Assembly: GCA_002269645.1 (NCBI GenBank)
Contig: NIVC01000806.1
Span: 6,787 to 70,786 of the forward strand
DNA: 64,000 nt
Direction: 5' to 3'
From: Macrostomum lignano
Lineage: Eukaryota
A model generated the notes under the pieces. The model was given only the letters and a program-made list of their open reading frames with translations, ran no database searches and was not told where the DNA came from. Positions 1-10,808 of the stretch are shown here, piece by piece (positions within the stretch are counted from its first letter, which is position 1; each line of letters starts with the position of its first letter). The position numbers were made by a program, and so were the translations under genes.

Positions 1-866
1 GAGGAACCCAGATAAGGAGCAGCTAGATATGAAAGACTTCGGATTGGAAAATTTGAAACTCCTAAGACAGAATACTAAAAACTATTTGGCCTCCCAGTTT
101 GCGTAGCTTTCTGTCGTGCGATGTAGTCGGCGCAGGTGCAACCTTCGATGAGCGCTTTACAGGCCTTTAAAATAAACATTCGTAAGCCGACGACTCATTG
201 AAGACTTGGAGAGCGAGTGTTACCTTCGTTTTTCTGTATGCTTGAACTGAAGGATAGCAAGCTTCGTGGGTTAATTCCGTTCGTTTGACGACGTGATATT
301 CTTCTGATTTGTACAGTCGGATCACGTCCATCCATTTGGCCGATATAACTGTCTGCACCTGGCGGTTGAATTTAAGGTTCCATTGGATTCAGTTTGCCAA
401 TTATTGCAAGTCTCGAATCAAAACTGGCGTATGCATAATGAATGCGCGAACGGAGAAGTTTGGGGCAATAAAAACTGTCTGTCTGTCCGTCTGTATCAAG
501 CACGAAGAGGGAAAGCCAGAGAAGACAGAAGGCGGATCTTTCGGTCTTTCATGTCGACCATTCTTTAACATCGGGTGTCACTTGGCCAGTGCTTTTGGCA
601 TATGTCCATGTGTTCAGTCACTTTCTAGAATGGTAAATTTTATCGCAGTGGTTATTTTTAACAATTAGTTTGTAAATAAATTCATCCACGCATACCAGCG
701 TATGATCGCTTAGAATTAACATCCTCTTTACCTCAAAAATATTTGGTAGAGTTTGTCTCCAACGCTCCCGTTCTCGTGCATCTCAAGGAAGAGCAAATAT
801 CGTTGTTCGGCTTTCTTCTGAGTTATAGTTTGATCTGCAGTTAAAGACGCTGCACTTTCTCGACAT
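1..866 (-). pseudogene. Decayed THAP-domain / P-element-superfamily (THAP9-like) transposase
   Basis: Minus strand from ATG at 866 reads MSRKCSVFNCRSNY..TIFALP*DARERERWRQTLPN..VCVDEF, a THAP zinc-finger pattern with an in-frame stop at 783-785. ORF 167-358 (AKWMDVIRLYKSEE..TELTHEACYP..KTKVTLALQVFNES) matches the KW..LY..LT..P..KV.LA.QVF stretch of P-type transposases. Frameshifts lie between the two pieces. Confidence 0.7.
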
Positions 867-1283
867 TTTTCAGTCGCACAAGAGTTGAGGGCTTTTTATT
901 TGCCCTCACACCTCTTTATAGACTGAAGAGTTGTAGTTGGAACGGCCATAGAACACTGCTTTCAAACGAGCCCCCAACTTTTTTCACCATGATTTGGCTT
1001 GTTTCGCGTCCCGGTAGTTTTAGTTGTCCCTGTAGCGTCATTATTCTATATAATGTTCATTAATCCCCCGACAAAAGTACTAAACCTTTGAAAAGAGAAT
1101 TTGACAACGTCTGGCACTACAGTGCAGATGGGATTTGATGGGTATGCCATCAAACTGTGTCCATCGACTTATGCAGAATAGCATATTAGGTACGTATTAG
1201 ACGTCAAATTTAATTTTTTTTCGGAAAAGTATAGTTAAGACAAAGCCAATGCAAGTTATCGTTCTTTCATCGTTCCTATAAGT

Positions 1284-1350
1284 CATAGGTCGGCAAACTC
1301 CGGCCCGTGGGCCACATGTGGCCCGCAGAGCATCTCTATCTGGCCCTCGG
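1284..1350 (+). mobile_element. hAT (Charlie-type) terminal sequence remnant
   Basis: cataggtcggcaaactccggcccgtgggccacatgtggcccg resembles the CAGGGGTCGGCAAAC..CGGCCCGCGGGCC termini of Charlie-type hAT elements. No partner end was found. Confidence 0.5.
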
Positions 1351-1394
1351 GTCCTTTGAAACTTCGCAATAGCCATCCGGTCCGCGATCTATGT

Positions 1395-1545
1395 TTATAT
1401 CTCTTCTTAGCACTCTTCTCTCTAATCTCCTCGCTCCTCTCTCCTCTTCTCTCCACTCCTTTCATCTACTTTATTTACTCGCCTCTCCTTTCTCTTATCT
1501 CCCTTCTCTCTTCGCTATTCTCTCTCCTCTCTCCCCTCTTCCGGC
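1395..1545. repeat. CT-rich low-complexity tract
   Basis: Almost pure pyrimidine run of ctct/ctcct units. Confidence 0.8.
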
Positions 1546-1610
1546 CATTCAGCTATTCTCTAGGTTCTCTATTTGACCCTTGAAGTAAACGCCGAACCCA
1601 GCTACATGTG

Positions 1611-1803
1611 TGTAGTGCACTGCTATTGCGGGTCTCTCCTTCGCTCTCTCACTTTAGCCTTCCCCCACGTGCGTGTACGCCCTCGCACTATTACGCAACA
1701 GTGGCACGTTGTGCTCACTAGCTCGTTGTGCTCACTAGTATATATAATGCTTAAATATACGGCCATGAGAGCCTAACTTCTGCACCTACACAAGCGCACT
1801 ACA
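1611..1803 (+). repeat. 5' LTR (193 bp) of Gypsy element 1
   Basis: TG..CA ends with an 8-bp terminal inverted repeat and an internal TATA-like tatataat. The same sequence recurs at 3816-3987 plus 8298-8318. Confidence 0.95.
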
Positions 1804-3438
1804 ATGGCGTCGCAGCTAAACTTACCAAGCCCAGCGCGCTTGGACCAGCGAACAGACCCTAACACGGCCCAGACTAAATGGAAAAAGTGGTACGCACAAT
1901 TTGAACTTTTCGCTGTGGCTGCAAACATCGAAGACAAAAAGCGGCTTCGCCAGCTTTTGCTGTATACAGCCGGAGAGGACTTGCAGACGATTGCGGCCGG
2001 TCTCGGCGACAAAGAGGCAGCAGGCAAAGACGTTGAAACACTCGTAGCCGCGCTTAACGACCACTTCGACAGCAAGCGGAATCTCCCGTTCACCCGCTAT
2101 CAGTTCAGGTTGTGCACGCAGCGGTCTGGCGAGCCCATCGACGAATGGCTCCAGCGCCTCAAAGATGCTGCCGACTGCTGCGGCTTCGAGGGCCTCAGAG
2201 ACTCCCTGATCCGTGACCAGATGATCGCCGGCTGCAGTTCAAAGCAGCTTCGCCGCAAGCTGCTAGCGATCGACAACGTCGACCTGGAGCAGGCGCTTCG
2301 GGTGGCCAGGGCCATGGAGGCAGCGGAGTCGCAGGCCAGCCTCATGGAGACCAGCGCAGCGACCGTGCAGCGGCTGCGCAAGCGCGAGTCCAGCCCGCCA
2401 GAGCAGCCGCAGGAATCAGCCACACAGACAGCCGATCGCAAGCAGCCAAAGTGCATTTGCTGCGGCAACTTCGGCCACCGCAGCTGCAGCGCAGCGGTAG
2501 GCAAGACCTGCAACCGATGCGGCAAGCCGAATCACCTCGCCAAGGCCTGCTTGTCCAGGCCAGAGGACGTGCGAGCTCTGCGAGTCGGCAGCGACAGTTT
2601 AGGTGAAGAGGACGACGTCTTCTGCCTTACCGTGATGGCCTCTGACACGAGCGCGGCAGCGGCTCGGGCTACCGTGCTGGTAGAAGCGACTCCAGCGCAG
2701 GTGCTGGTGGACAGCGGAGCCGACTGTAACATCCTCACCGAGGCAGCCTGGCGGAAGCTCCCGGGGCCCCCAGGCCTGCAGCCGACGACAAAGAGGATAT
2801 TCCCATATCGCTCAGCAAAACCTCTGCGCACTCGGGGAGTCTGCAGCCTGCGAGTCTCAGTTGGCCCGAGGGTTCAGCGGGCCAGCTTCATCATCGTCCC
2901 CGGTAGCGGCATCAGTGTGCTCGGCTGTGCAACCTCTACATCCCTGCAGCTGCTGAGTCTGGAGACGCAGGCCCGGGCACCGGCCAGAGAGGCTACAAGT
3001 CTGACCGATGCTCTTAATGACGAGCAACCAGCCCCACGACAGAGTATCGCTGCAGCAGCTCAGCACCGGCGAGTTCGCATTGGAAGGCCCGACCAACAAC
3101 AGCATCCGCGAGGCCACTGCTCGGGACCCGGCTCTGAACTTCGTCATGCAGGCGCTGGCGACTGGCAACTGGCGCTTCGGCGCTACAGCCCAGGCGAGCA
3201 GCTTCCATTCGCTCAAGCGAGAGCTTCTGGTGCGGGACGACATGCTGCTCAGGGGCGGCAGGATCGTTGTACCCGCAGCGCTTCAGCAGCAGACCATCAG
3301 TTGGGCCCACCAGGGTCAATTCGGCAGGAGAAAGGCCATCGACCGGCTGCGGAAGGAGTTCTGGTGGCCCGGCATGGTCCGGCAGGCGCAGGCGGCTCTG
3401 TCAAGGCGACGCCTGCACCAGAACATCGGAGGCGGTGA
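1804..3438 (+). CDS. Gag-protease ORF of Gypsy element 1; the tail after ~3000 is out of frame with the pol remnant
   Basis: Gag-like N-terminus (WKKWYAQFELFAVA..FRLCTQRSGEPIDEWLQRLKDAADCCGF..IRDQMIAG), zinc knuckles CICCGNFGH and CNRCGKPNHLAKAC, and aspartic protease motif VLVDSGADCNIL. Confidence 0.88.
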   Translation: MASQLNLPSPARLDQRTDPNTAQTKWKKWYAQFELFAVAANIEDKKRLRQLLLYTAGEDLQTIAAGLGDKEAAGKDVETLVAALNDHFDSKRNLPFTRYQFRLCTQRSGEPIDEWLQRLKDAADCCGFEGLRDSLIRDQMIAGCSSKQLRRKLLAIDNVDLEQALRVARAMEAAESQASLMETSAATVQRLRKRESSPPEQPQESATQTADRKQPKCICCGNFGHRSCSAAVGKTCNRCGKPNHLAKACLSRPEDVRALRVGSDSLGEEDDVFCLTVMASDTSAAAARATVLVEATPAQVLVDSGADCNILTEAAWRKLPGPPGLQPTTKRIFPYRSAKPLRTRGVCSLRVSVGPRVQRASFIIVPGSGISVLGCATSTSLQLLSLETQARAPAREATSLTDALNDEQPAPRQSIAAAAQHRRVRIGRPDQQQHPRGHCSGPGSELRHAGAGDWQLALRRYSPGEQLPFAQARASGAGRHAAQGRQDRCTRSASAADHQLGPPGSIRQEKGHRPAAEGVLVARHGPAGAGGSVKATPAPEHRRR

Positions 3439-3577
3439 CGCGCGCGAGACACTCCCAGCCGGCCAACAGCGGATGGCAGACACAGCAGGAGACGTTCAGC
3501 AGCCGTCAGAGCGCGACTGGAAGCTGGTGACCAGACGGCGCGCCGCTAATTTCAATCGGCGCTGCGCCAGCAAGTAA
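3008..3577 (+). pseudogene. pol remnant: RH-IN linker and partial integrase H2C2 region fused to a C-terminal tail
   Basis: IREATARDPAL..ELLVRDDMLLRGGRIVVPAALQQQTISWAHQGQFG..LRKEFWWPGM is typical of the Gypsy integrase zinc-binding region. No D,D,E core follows and no YxDD motif precedes it. Confidence 0.8.
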
Positions 3578-3815
3578 CCGAAGCTGTGCGATTGGCTATT
3601 GGAAGTCCACCGGCTGAGCAGCAACACGTCAGCGGGACACAATGCCACAGCAGCACAGCCGGGCTCTATTAATTGAACAAATTACATATGCGCAAATTAC
3701 ATAAATTTACTTAAATGTATCAAATGTTTAAGTTTTTGTTATGCTTAACCTGCGAAGTTATCTAATTTCTACTTCCTAACTCTAAGGCTTTGTACTTTTT
3801 TGGTTGGGGGAGAGA

Positions 3816-3987
3816 TGTAGTGCACTGCTATTGCGGGTCTCTCCTTCGCTCTCTCACTTTAGCCTTCCCCCACGTGCGTGTACGCCCTCGCACTATTACG
3901 CAACAGTGGCACGTTGTGCTCACTAGCTCGTTGTGCTCACTAGTATATATAATGCTTAAATATACGGCCATGAGAGCCTAACTTCTG
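3816..3987 (+). repeat. 3' LTR of Gypsy element 1, left part
   Basis: Identical to 1611-1782, preceded by the PPT and interrupted after ...cctaacttctg. Confidence 0.95.
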
Positions 3988-6900
3988 TGGTTTTGTCTCG
4001 CATAGAGACGCCTAACCGCAGTACCCCCGTGAAACTTGTCTCTGCCTGGCTGAAAGCTTGTAATGAGTGAGTAGGCTGGGTTGGAGGGTAATAGTGGATC
4101 GGGAAGGGCTGTGGGTAGCTGTATAGGAAGGCAGGCCTATACCTGTACCAAGGTGCTCTGACGGTATCCCTCAGGCGCCCTCTGAGCGTACAGCCAGCGA
4201 CCCTATTAAAGCTGGAGTGTGCCAGAACCAGGACCGAGTCTGAGCAGGACGAGACCGTTGGCACGGTCACTATAGAAATGGCGGGTTGGCGAAGCAAAGG
4301 GTGAAACAGTCCCGGCGAATAGCCCTCCTGCCGCTTCAAAGATAAGAGACTGTCTGGCAAGAGTACCCGGGGCTTAGTTGGGGGGAGGCTCCTTCGGGTT
4401 GCCACGGCCGTGGGGGCGGTCAAATGACCGGCATTCTGGCTATTCTAACCCTGGAGAAGGCACGGGCTTCCCTGATTGGTTCTCTCAACCCCCTCCGGCC
4501 TCGGGGAGGTTTATGATTTGTACCCGGGGGTGGTGGGCGGTCGGCCCCAGCATGGATGCCACGGCTCTAGGCCTTCCACATGGTGACGCGAATTGCGCAA
4601 AATTGCACAAAATTACGTGAGAAAATTGAAAAAAATTGGGCAAGAATTGCGCAATAATTGCACTCAAATTGTTCATTAAGTGCAATAAAATTACACGAAA
4701 TCACGCTTAAAATTACAATTTAATTGAGCATAAAATTGCAATTCAAGAGCTTAGAAATAGCCGTTGGAGTGGCACTTCAGAATATTGATACGCTCGTATT
4801 ATAGTGCAGGTAAATTTTAAGACTTCCCAAATTTAGCACTCGATCTGCAATTTTCATTATATCTGCTCAGAATTGAACCCAGAAAAGTAATTAAGACACA
4901 GTAAAAACCACCTGTGTTTTTTCGGAATACATTAAATTTTGCAATTTTTCAATAAGATGTTATAATCATTTTTCAATCCAATACATTTCATTGTAATTTT
5001 TTATTTCACTTTACTACATATTAAAAAATAAAACTACAAACAGATACTAAATATAAACCTTTATGGGCAAAAAACGATGCATAAGATACAAGAAAATACT
5101 TGCATAGATTAGTAAAAATTATTATTATTAAAATATTACTATTTAACTATTTAGAAAAATTATTATTAAACCATTAATAAGCACACTGAACATTGAAACT
5201 AATTGAAAAATTCTTTTACATTTGAAGTGCAAAAGCGTTCTAAATAAACATAATTTATTAGTTAAACAATATTTTAACTTTCAGGGGTGCTGGCTGCATC
5301 AGCATGTTTATCTAAGCAGTTAAAACTTTAAAGATGAAGCCTTTTACACATCTATGATGAAGCTTTTGGATACTTTTAAGTTCAAAACCTTTCTAGATTC
5401 CGAAATGAGACTTTCTAAGAACCCACAGGTAATTATTTTGTAGAATTGAATATTTAAAAAAAGATCCCAGATAAAGTTAGGATTCACTTTTCGCTTATTT
5501 ATAATTTTTTATCGCCTTTCCATGATCTTACTTAGACATTACTTTTTAAGGCTACCCAACATTGCCAGCCTGAAGCTCGTTAGAGCTTCCAGAAGTCAAT
5601 TACAGTGATTACCTTGCAGTGATTTAGTGATTGCTTATTTAATGTTATTCCTATAGGCTATAACTGATACTTAATGGTTTCCAGTATTGTCTTTCTTACG
5701 CTTGCCAGAAATGTCACGAAACATTTGATTTAACGATGCTCGCACAGATCTCCAGTTGTAGGCTGCAAACCATTCGGACAAAACAGCTCGAAGCTCCTCA
5801 ACAGATTGCTCGTCCATCGCAATGCGCTCCGTTAAGCCATTCAGCTCAATAATTGCAGAAATGCAATACTCCTCACCGAAGCGTCAAAGAACGTACTTTA
5901 TGTACATTGGAGTTTATGTACATTGGCCCGCTATGAGAATTCGATTTAGGAAACTATAGAAGCACAAACTTGAAAGGCAACGGTTGGTCAAATTTGTCTG
6001 CAGCATGCCTTCGCTTTTGTGTGTTCATTTCTTGGCATGAAGAGAAACACAATTGAGTATTGAGTTGAAGTTGCACTGCTTTATAATTATAAAAGAGTAT
6101 TATATTATAAATAATAATTATAAAATAATGATATAATTAATAATTATAAAATAATTATATAATTAATAATTATAAAATAATTATAATAGATTATAAAAAC
6201 AAAGTAGCTTTTTGAGCCACTTATTTTATTTATTTATATAGATTTCATTTTAGAATTTTGGCATACCATTAATTTGTATATGGAATCATAAAATATTATT
6301 TTGAAAACTTGCAACCAAGATTTTCATAAAACAATCTAGATATAGTGATATGATATATAGTCTAACAGACAATATATCAATAGAAGCCAAAATATTAAAT
6401 ACCTTAAAATAGTAGCTAATTAGTAAACAGAAGCTATACAAATGATTATACGCTCATAGCTAGGCCTAGTCATTAAGTCATTGATTAAGTTAGTAATCTA
6501 GTATATACCTACTTACTCAACTATCTTTTGCATATATTATGCTGTACCATTTAATAACCTGATAAGCTTCAGTTTGACTTTTAGACAATACATCAATTAA
6601 TTTAATTAGAAAAAAGTAAATGTTTTTAAAATAGCTATAGCTACATTAATTAAAAACCTATTTGTAAGCCTAGCTAATTGCCTATTAAACAATGATGTTC
6701 AATTTCATGCTTCACTAATTTAATTTAATGTATAGCTCCTATAAATAGTAGAGCTACTAAAATAATTTTGAATTGAAATACATAATGTAATGACCAATGA
6801 CAATGTAATTACAATAAAAGTATAACTTATTAATACAAAATTTTAGTCTACAAAGTGCCACTGCAGTATTAAAATTAATTGTATGCACTTGCCTGATACT

Positions 6901-8276
6901 GAGAGAGCTCTAGTCCTAGATATAAGAAAATGATAGAAAAGTGTAATTACATGTATGAAACTAAAAGATAAAGTTCAAATACAGAGTTGACAAAACATTA
7001 ACAATGACATAGTACATAGACAATTGGTAGCTTTTAGTATTTTATAAAAGGAGCTATGAAAAATGAATTGGACAAACTCCAATAATGCTAGCTAGACTAG
7101 TCAATACTTATTAGTAATAGCTAGCAATAATAGGACTAGAATTAGATAAACTAAAAAACTTTTTTTGAGTTTTACAATCTTAAGTCAAGACTACAAGAGT
7201 AAATAGCAAGGCTAAGTTCTTGTCATTTACGATAAGTGAAAAGCAAGTGGCATTACTAGCCTTCAATTTCAATTACAATGATAAAAAAAGCTAGTAAAAA
7301 CAACTAAGGAGAAGGCAACAACAACAAGCAAGAGCAAGAAAGCAGCAATACGTCGACCAATATGGAGCAATAAGGCGCGCTGCTTTTTAAATTTAGCAAA
7401 GTTGTTACACTTTTAAACAAAAAATTCCTAAAATGGTAGATACACTTTCTATTGAATATACAAAGCAGATAGATTTCTAAGAAAAATCAATTTTATTTGT
7501 TTGTAAGAATTTAGAACACTTTAAATTTGTTCAGGGAGTCGTGAAAATTCAGTCATGTAAGTACAACTTATATTGTGCATATTTGCAGCTTATATAAATC
7601 ATTTTATACCTCAATTTCGAAGACTTTGTCTATCCTATGCTTCAATATATTGCAATTCATTTTCTGTACTCGTCAGAATCTGCATGTAATCGTTAAAAAA
7701 TAATTTCTTTTGGCAATCTACATGTAATAGATGCGATGTAAATGTACCAGTAGCAAGGATATTTTTTATCTACTACTATACAAGTAATATTTAAAGCATA
7801 TTTGAAATTGAAAAAATTGCAATATTCTTTGCAATGCGATTGCAAGAATTTCACTTTCTTGATATGTCTTTAACACTACTTACATAAGCATCTAAAGCGC
7901 ACATGAAAGTTGAGAAAATTGCAAGTTCTATGAGAAAGAAATTGCAATTAAGTCAATTATTGTGAATAAAATTGCAAGTTTCAAATTTTTTCCTCAATTT
8001 CGGGTATCATGTGTCGGGCCATCCCTATTAGGCAGGGGGTCTTCTAACCTGGTTTTTGGGCACGGGCTCCTGACTGGTTCGTCGAACCGCTGTCACTGTC
8101 CCCCGAGGAGGTTTGGTTTTTGTGATACTGCCCTGTACAGTCCTCTATATTCTATCTAGGCTTTAGTGTACATTAGTGCACTCCCAATCTGGAACCTAAT
8201 TTATAACTAGTGGCGTAAGAGCCTATTTACTAAGGCTGAGGCGCCGGAATTACTTATCAATAGTCAATAGTCAATA
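3988..8276 (+). mobile_element. Composite non-LTR-type (TPRT-like) insertion with 21-bp TSD and (TCAATAG)3 tail
   Basis: gccatgagagcctaacttctg is duplicated at 3967-3987 and 8277-8297. The tandem tail tcaatag x3 lies immediately before the right copy. Termini are GC-rich and hairpin-rich. No RT ORF was seen. Confidence 0.8.
4579..8011. mobile_element. AT-rich segment with imperfect terminal inverted repeats; possible degraded DNA transposon nested in the retroposon
   Basis: Abrupt GC-to-AT switches at both ends. Left end CATGGTGACGCGAATTG versus reverse complement of the right end CATGATACCCGAAATTG. Clustered AAATTGC sub-terminal motifs at 4590-4745 and 7810-7980. No TSD found. Confidence 0.45.
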
Positions 8277-8297
8277 GCCATGAGAGCCTAACTTCTG

Positions 8298-8318
8298 CAC
8301 CTACACAAGCGCACTACA
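8298..8318 (+). repeat. 3' LTR of Gypsy element 1, displaced right end
   Basis: cacctacacaagcgcactaca equals the last 21 nt of the 5' LTR and is followed by the TSD atgtg. Confidence 0.93.
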
Positions 8319-8449
8319 ATGTGTAAGTGCTTTTTCTTAAAGGAATTTAATGAAGAGTAATTAGAATCATGCCATAAAAGTGTTAATTTGCCATACGTCG
8401 GTTGCATGTACGTCGTTACGTTGGGGGAACTTTGAATGTTGTACAAGCC

Positions 8450-8810
8450 GCGATGCAGCTCTCTCAGATCGGCGGGCTTTGTCAGCGGCATGATGGCGGA
8501 TGACCGTCCGTGCTTTTCAGAAAGTTTCGCTGTTTGGCCTGAGCGCTCTAACTCCTACCCGTTCCCAATAGCCTTGTGCAGCAAAACCCTTGAAGTGGGC
8601 TGCCGATGAGGTTCGCGAAGACTCGGCAATAGTCTGCAGAGCCAGCCCGGCTTAAGAACCTCCAACTGTTTGACGAAGCTGCTGTTGCATGGTAGTGGGC
8701 TTGAAGTACGCAGCTAGAGATGAAGATCGGATGAATGTCGGCTTGCTGCTGCCTTCAGCAGTTCGCAATTTGGCGCAACAAAAGTAAAGTACATGGCGAT
8801 GGAATGAAGG
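8450..8810 (-). pseudogene. Possible degraded hAT-like transposase fragment
   Basis: GC-richer island. One minus-strand frame reads CNSSFVKQLEVLKPGWLCRLLPSLR..VLLHKA, loosely like the F..L..L.P.Y.LPSR..L stretch of hAT transposases. Stops and frameshifts are present. Confidence 0.25.
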
Positions 8811-10808
8811 ACTACTGCGTAACCACAAATAATTTATTTAAACTCAAGCTAATTTGAGAATGCATTTAAACATTTTAACAAAGGCACAACAAAAGCGCCG
8901 TATCTATCTTATAATGATGAATAATGATGTGCTACTATAATTAAGTTGCACTCTTTTAAATCTTAATATTTTTGTGGCTTTATTTTCATGTTTTTCTTGA
9001 CAACAACGTTGATGCTAGGGTAGGGGGTAAGGCGGCCTGTGGTATGTAGCATGTAGGCCTATGTTCATGTTGATGCATAATTTACAATATGACCTAATAG
9101 ACCCTCGTCATTTGCGCGTTATTATTATCTTATCAGTAGCACCCAACCAGAGGTTTTTAAATACCAAGTATGCCTTAGTTTTTAACCTGTAATCTGTAGT
9201 GTAGCCGTAGGCAGCCATACCATTGGCATTTAGGCAATAGGCCTAGCCTAGGCAGGGCTGGCACCTGCCACCTGGTAGGTAGGGTTATGCCTTAGTTAGA
9301 CTAATTGTAGTTGTAGCCACTTGTAGGGTAGGCGCAGGCCTAGCTAGTTAGTCAGAAGTCAGCTAGTGCTAGGCCTACTTTAACCTTATACTATTATAGT
9401 ATTACTATTACTATATAGTATTACTATAGGCTTTTAAAAGGCCACTTTTTTAATAGATGGGCCTATGGCTATGCTGTGCTGTGCCCTGTGGCCTGTGATT
9501 GCTTATTTTTATTTTATGCCCTTTAGATGCTGTCTATTATTAAAAAAGAAATAGGGTATAGGCCTAGGCCTAATATAGAAAGAATTTAAAGAAAGATAGG
9601 CCTAATCTAGGCCCCCCTATGCCTAGGCTAAGGTAGACTACCCTATAGCATAGCTACAGTATAGCCTATGACTATACATGTAGATGTGTATATATAAAAT
9701 GCAATTTAAAAATAGAGTTGTTGCTACAAAAAGTGAATATATTTTTTTGGCCCCTATAAATATTTATAAAGTGAAATGTATCTAAATTTTTTAAATATTT
9801 TTAGTTTTTAGGTCTATAGATTTGATTTATAATAATATAAGCCCTAGCCTAGCTGCCTAATGAATTTGTGACTATTAGGCCTAGATGATTTGCTTATAAT
9901 AGGCCTATTTTGACCCAGTTGCCTTGGCTATATCATCTTTATTATATTATTCAAAAAGGAATTAGAAATATAAACCTACAAGGGCTGTTTCAAAAGTAAT
10001 ATTAATTTTCACTGTTTCTTAGGCCTATTTTGATAATCCAATGTGACATTGCTAGTTTAAGTGGTCCCGAGAGGGCCGTTGGACTATAGTTTCCCTTGCT
10101 ATTTCTCATTTTAATTTCTCCAATAGTTTATTTTAACGTTTACTTGTAGTAGAGCCCAATGAATTTGTACTTATCGCTAACTCACTGCGCATTTTGCTAT
10201 CCTTTCATGCGACCGTAGAAAACTGGCATGATCGATAATTTTAAGTTCTTTAGCCAGCCAATGAGAACCGCTCATGCTTCGTGCTACCCCCTCTCTGTGT
10301 TCCTTTTTTAACCCTCGCCTGGCGAGCTGGGGGTCTCCTTCCTCCCTTCTTTCCTGGTTTTGCTCTCTCTCTCCTTAGGCTTGTCTGCCTTGTTCTCTGT
10401 CTGGCTGCCTCGAGCCTCCTTATCTCACGCCATGGCTGACGCCAATCCTGCCTACTGTGTCTCACCGCCTTCACTATGCTCATTGCCATTGCTCATTACG
10501 TTACATCGCCATTGCATCACTCGTCTGTCACTTGACTTCATCTCCAATTATATTCAAAACCATTGTTGCAGCCGCCAGTGCCCAGAAGATAGTTTGTGTA
10601 TTGACAGTAATAACCAAGCCTAATATTGATTTTAACAATAAAACAACTACGGCAGTTTCCTGCCTTTGTTGCCAAGTGCTCCGCTACACAATCCGCTTTG
10701 CAAGAGTTGACTTCAACTTATTTTGGAACTACGACTTACTGCAACGCTTGTCAAAATGGCCCTTTTAAGGGTCCTAGCCATAGTTAGCCGCTACGCCAAC
10801 ATCAACAT

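Larger units (their letters stand above)
1611..8318 (+). mobile_element. Non-autonomous Ty3/Gypsy LTR retrotransposon (gag-protease retained; RT, RNase H and IN core deleted), with a nested insertion in its 3' LTR
   Basis: 5-bp TSD atgtg at 1606-1610 and 8319-8323. LTR runs TGTAGTGC...GCACTACA. PBS-like TGGCGTCGCAG at 1805-1815. PPT gggggagaga at 3806-3815. The two LTRs are identical by eye. Confidence 0.93.

Noticed and set aside
5500-5900. Minus-strand coding-like stretches in the AT-rich core (e.g. EEYCISAIIELNGLTERIAMDEQSVEELRAVLSEWF)
   Set aside because: Short, interrupted by stops and not assignable to a family by eye. A tBLASTx/HMM search would be needed.
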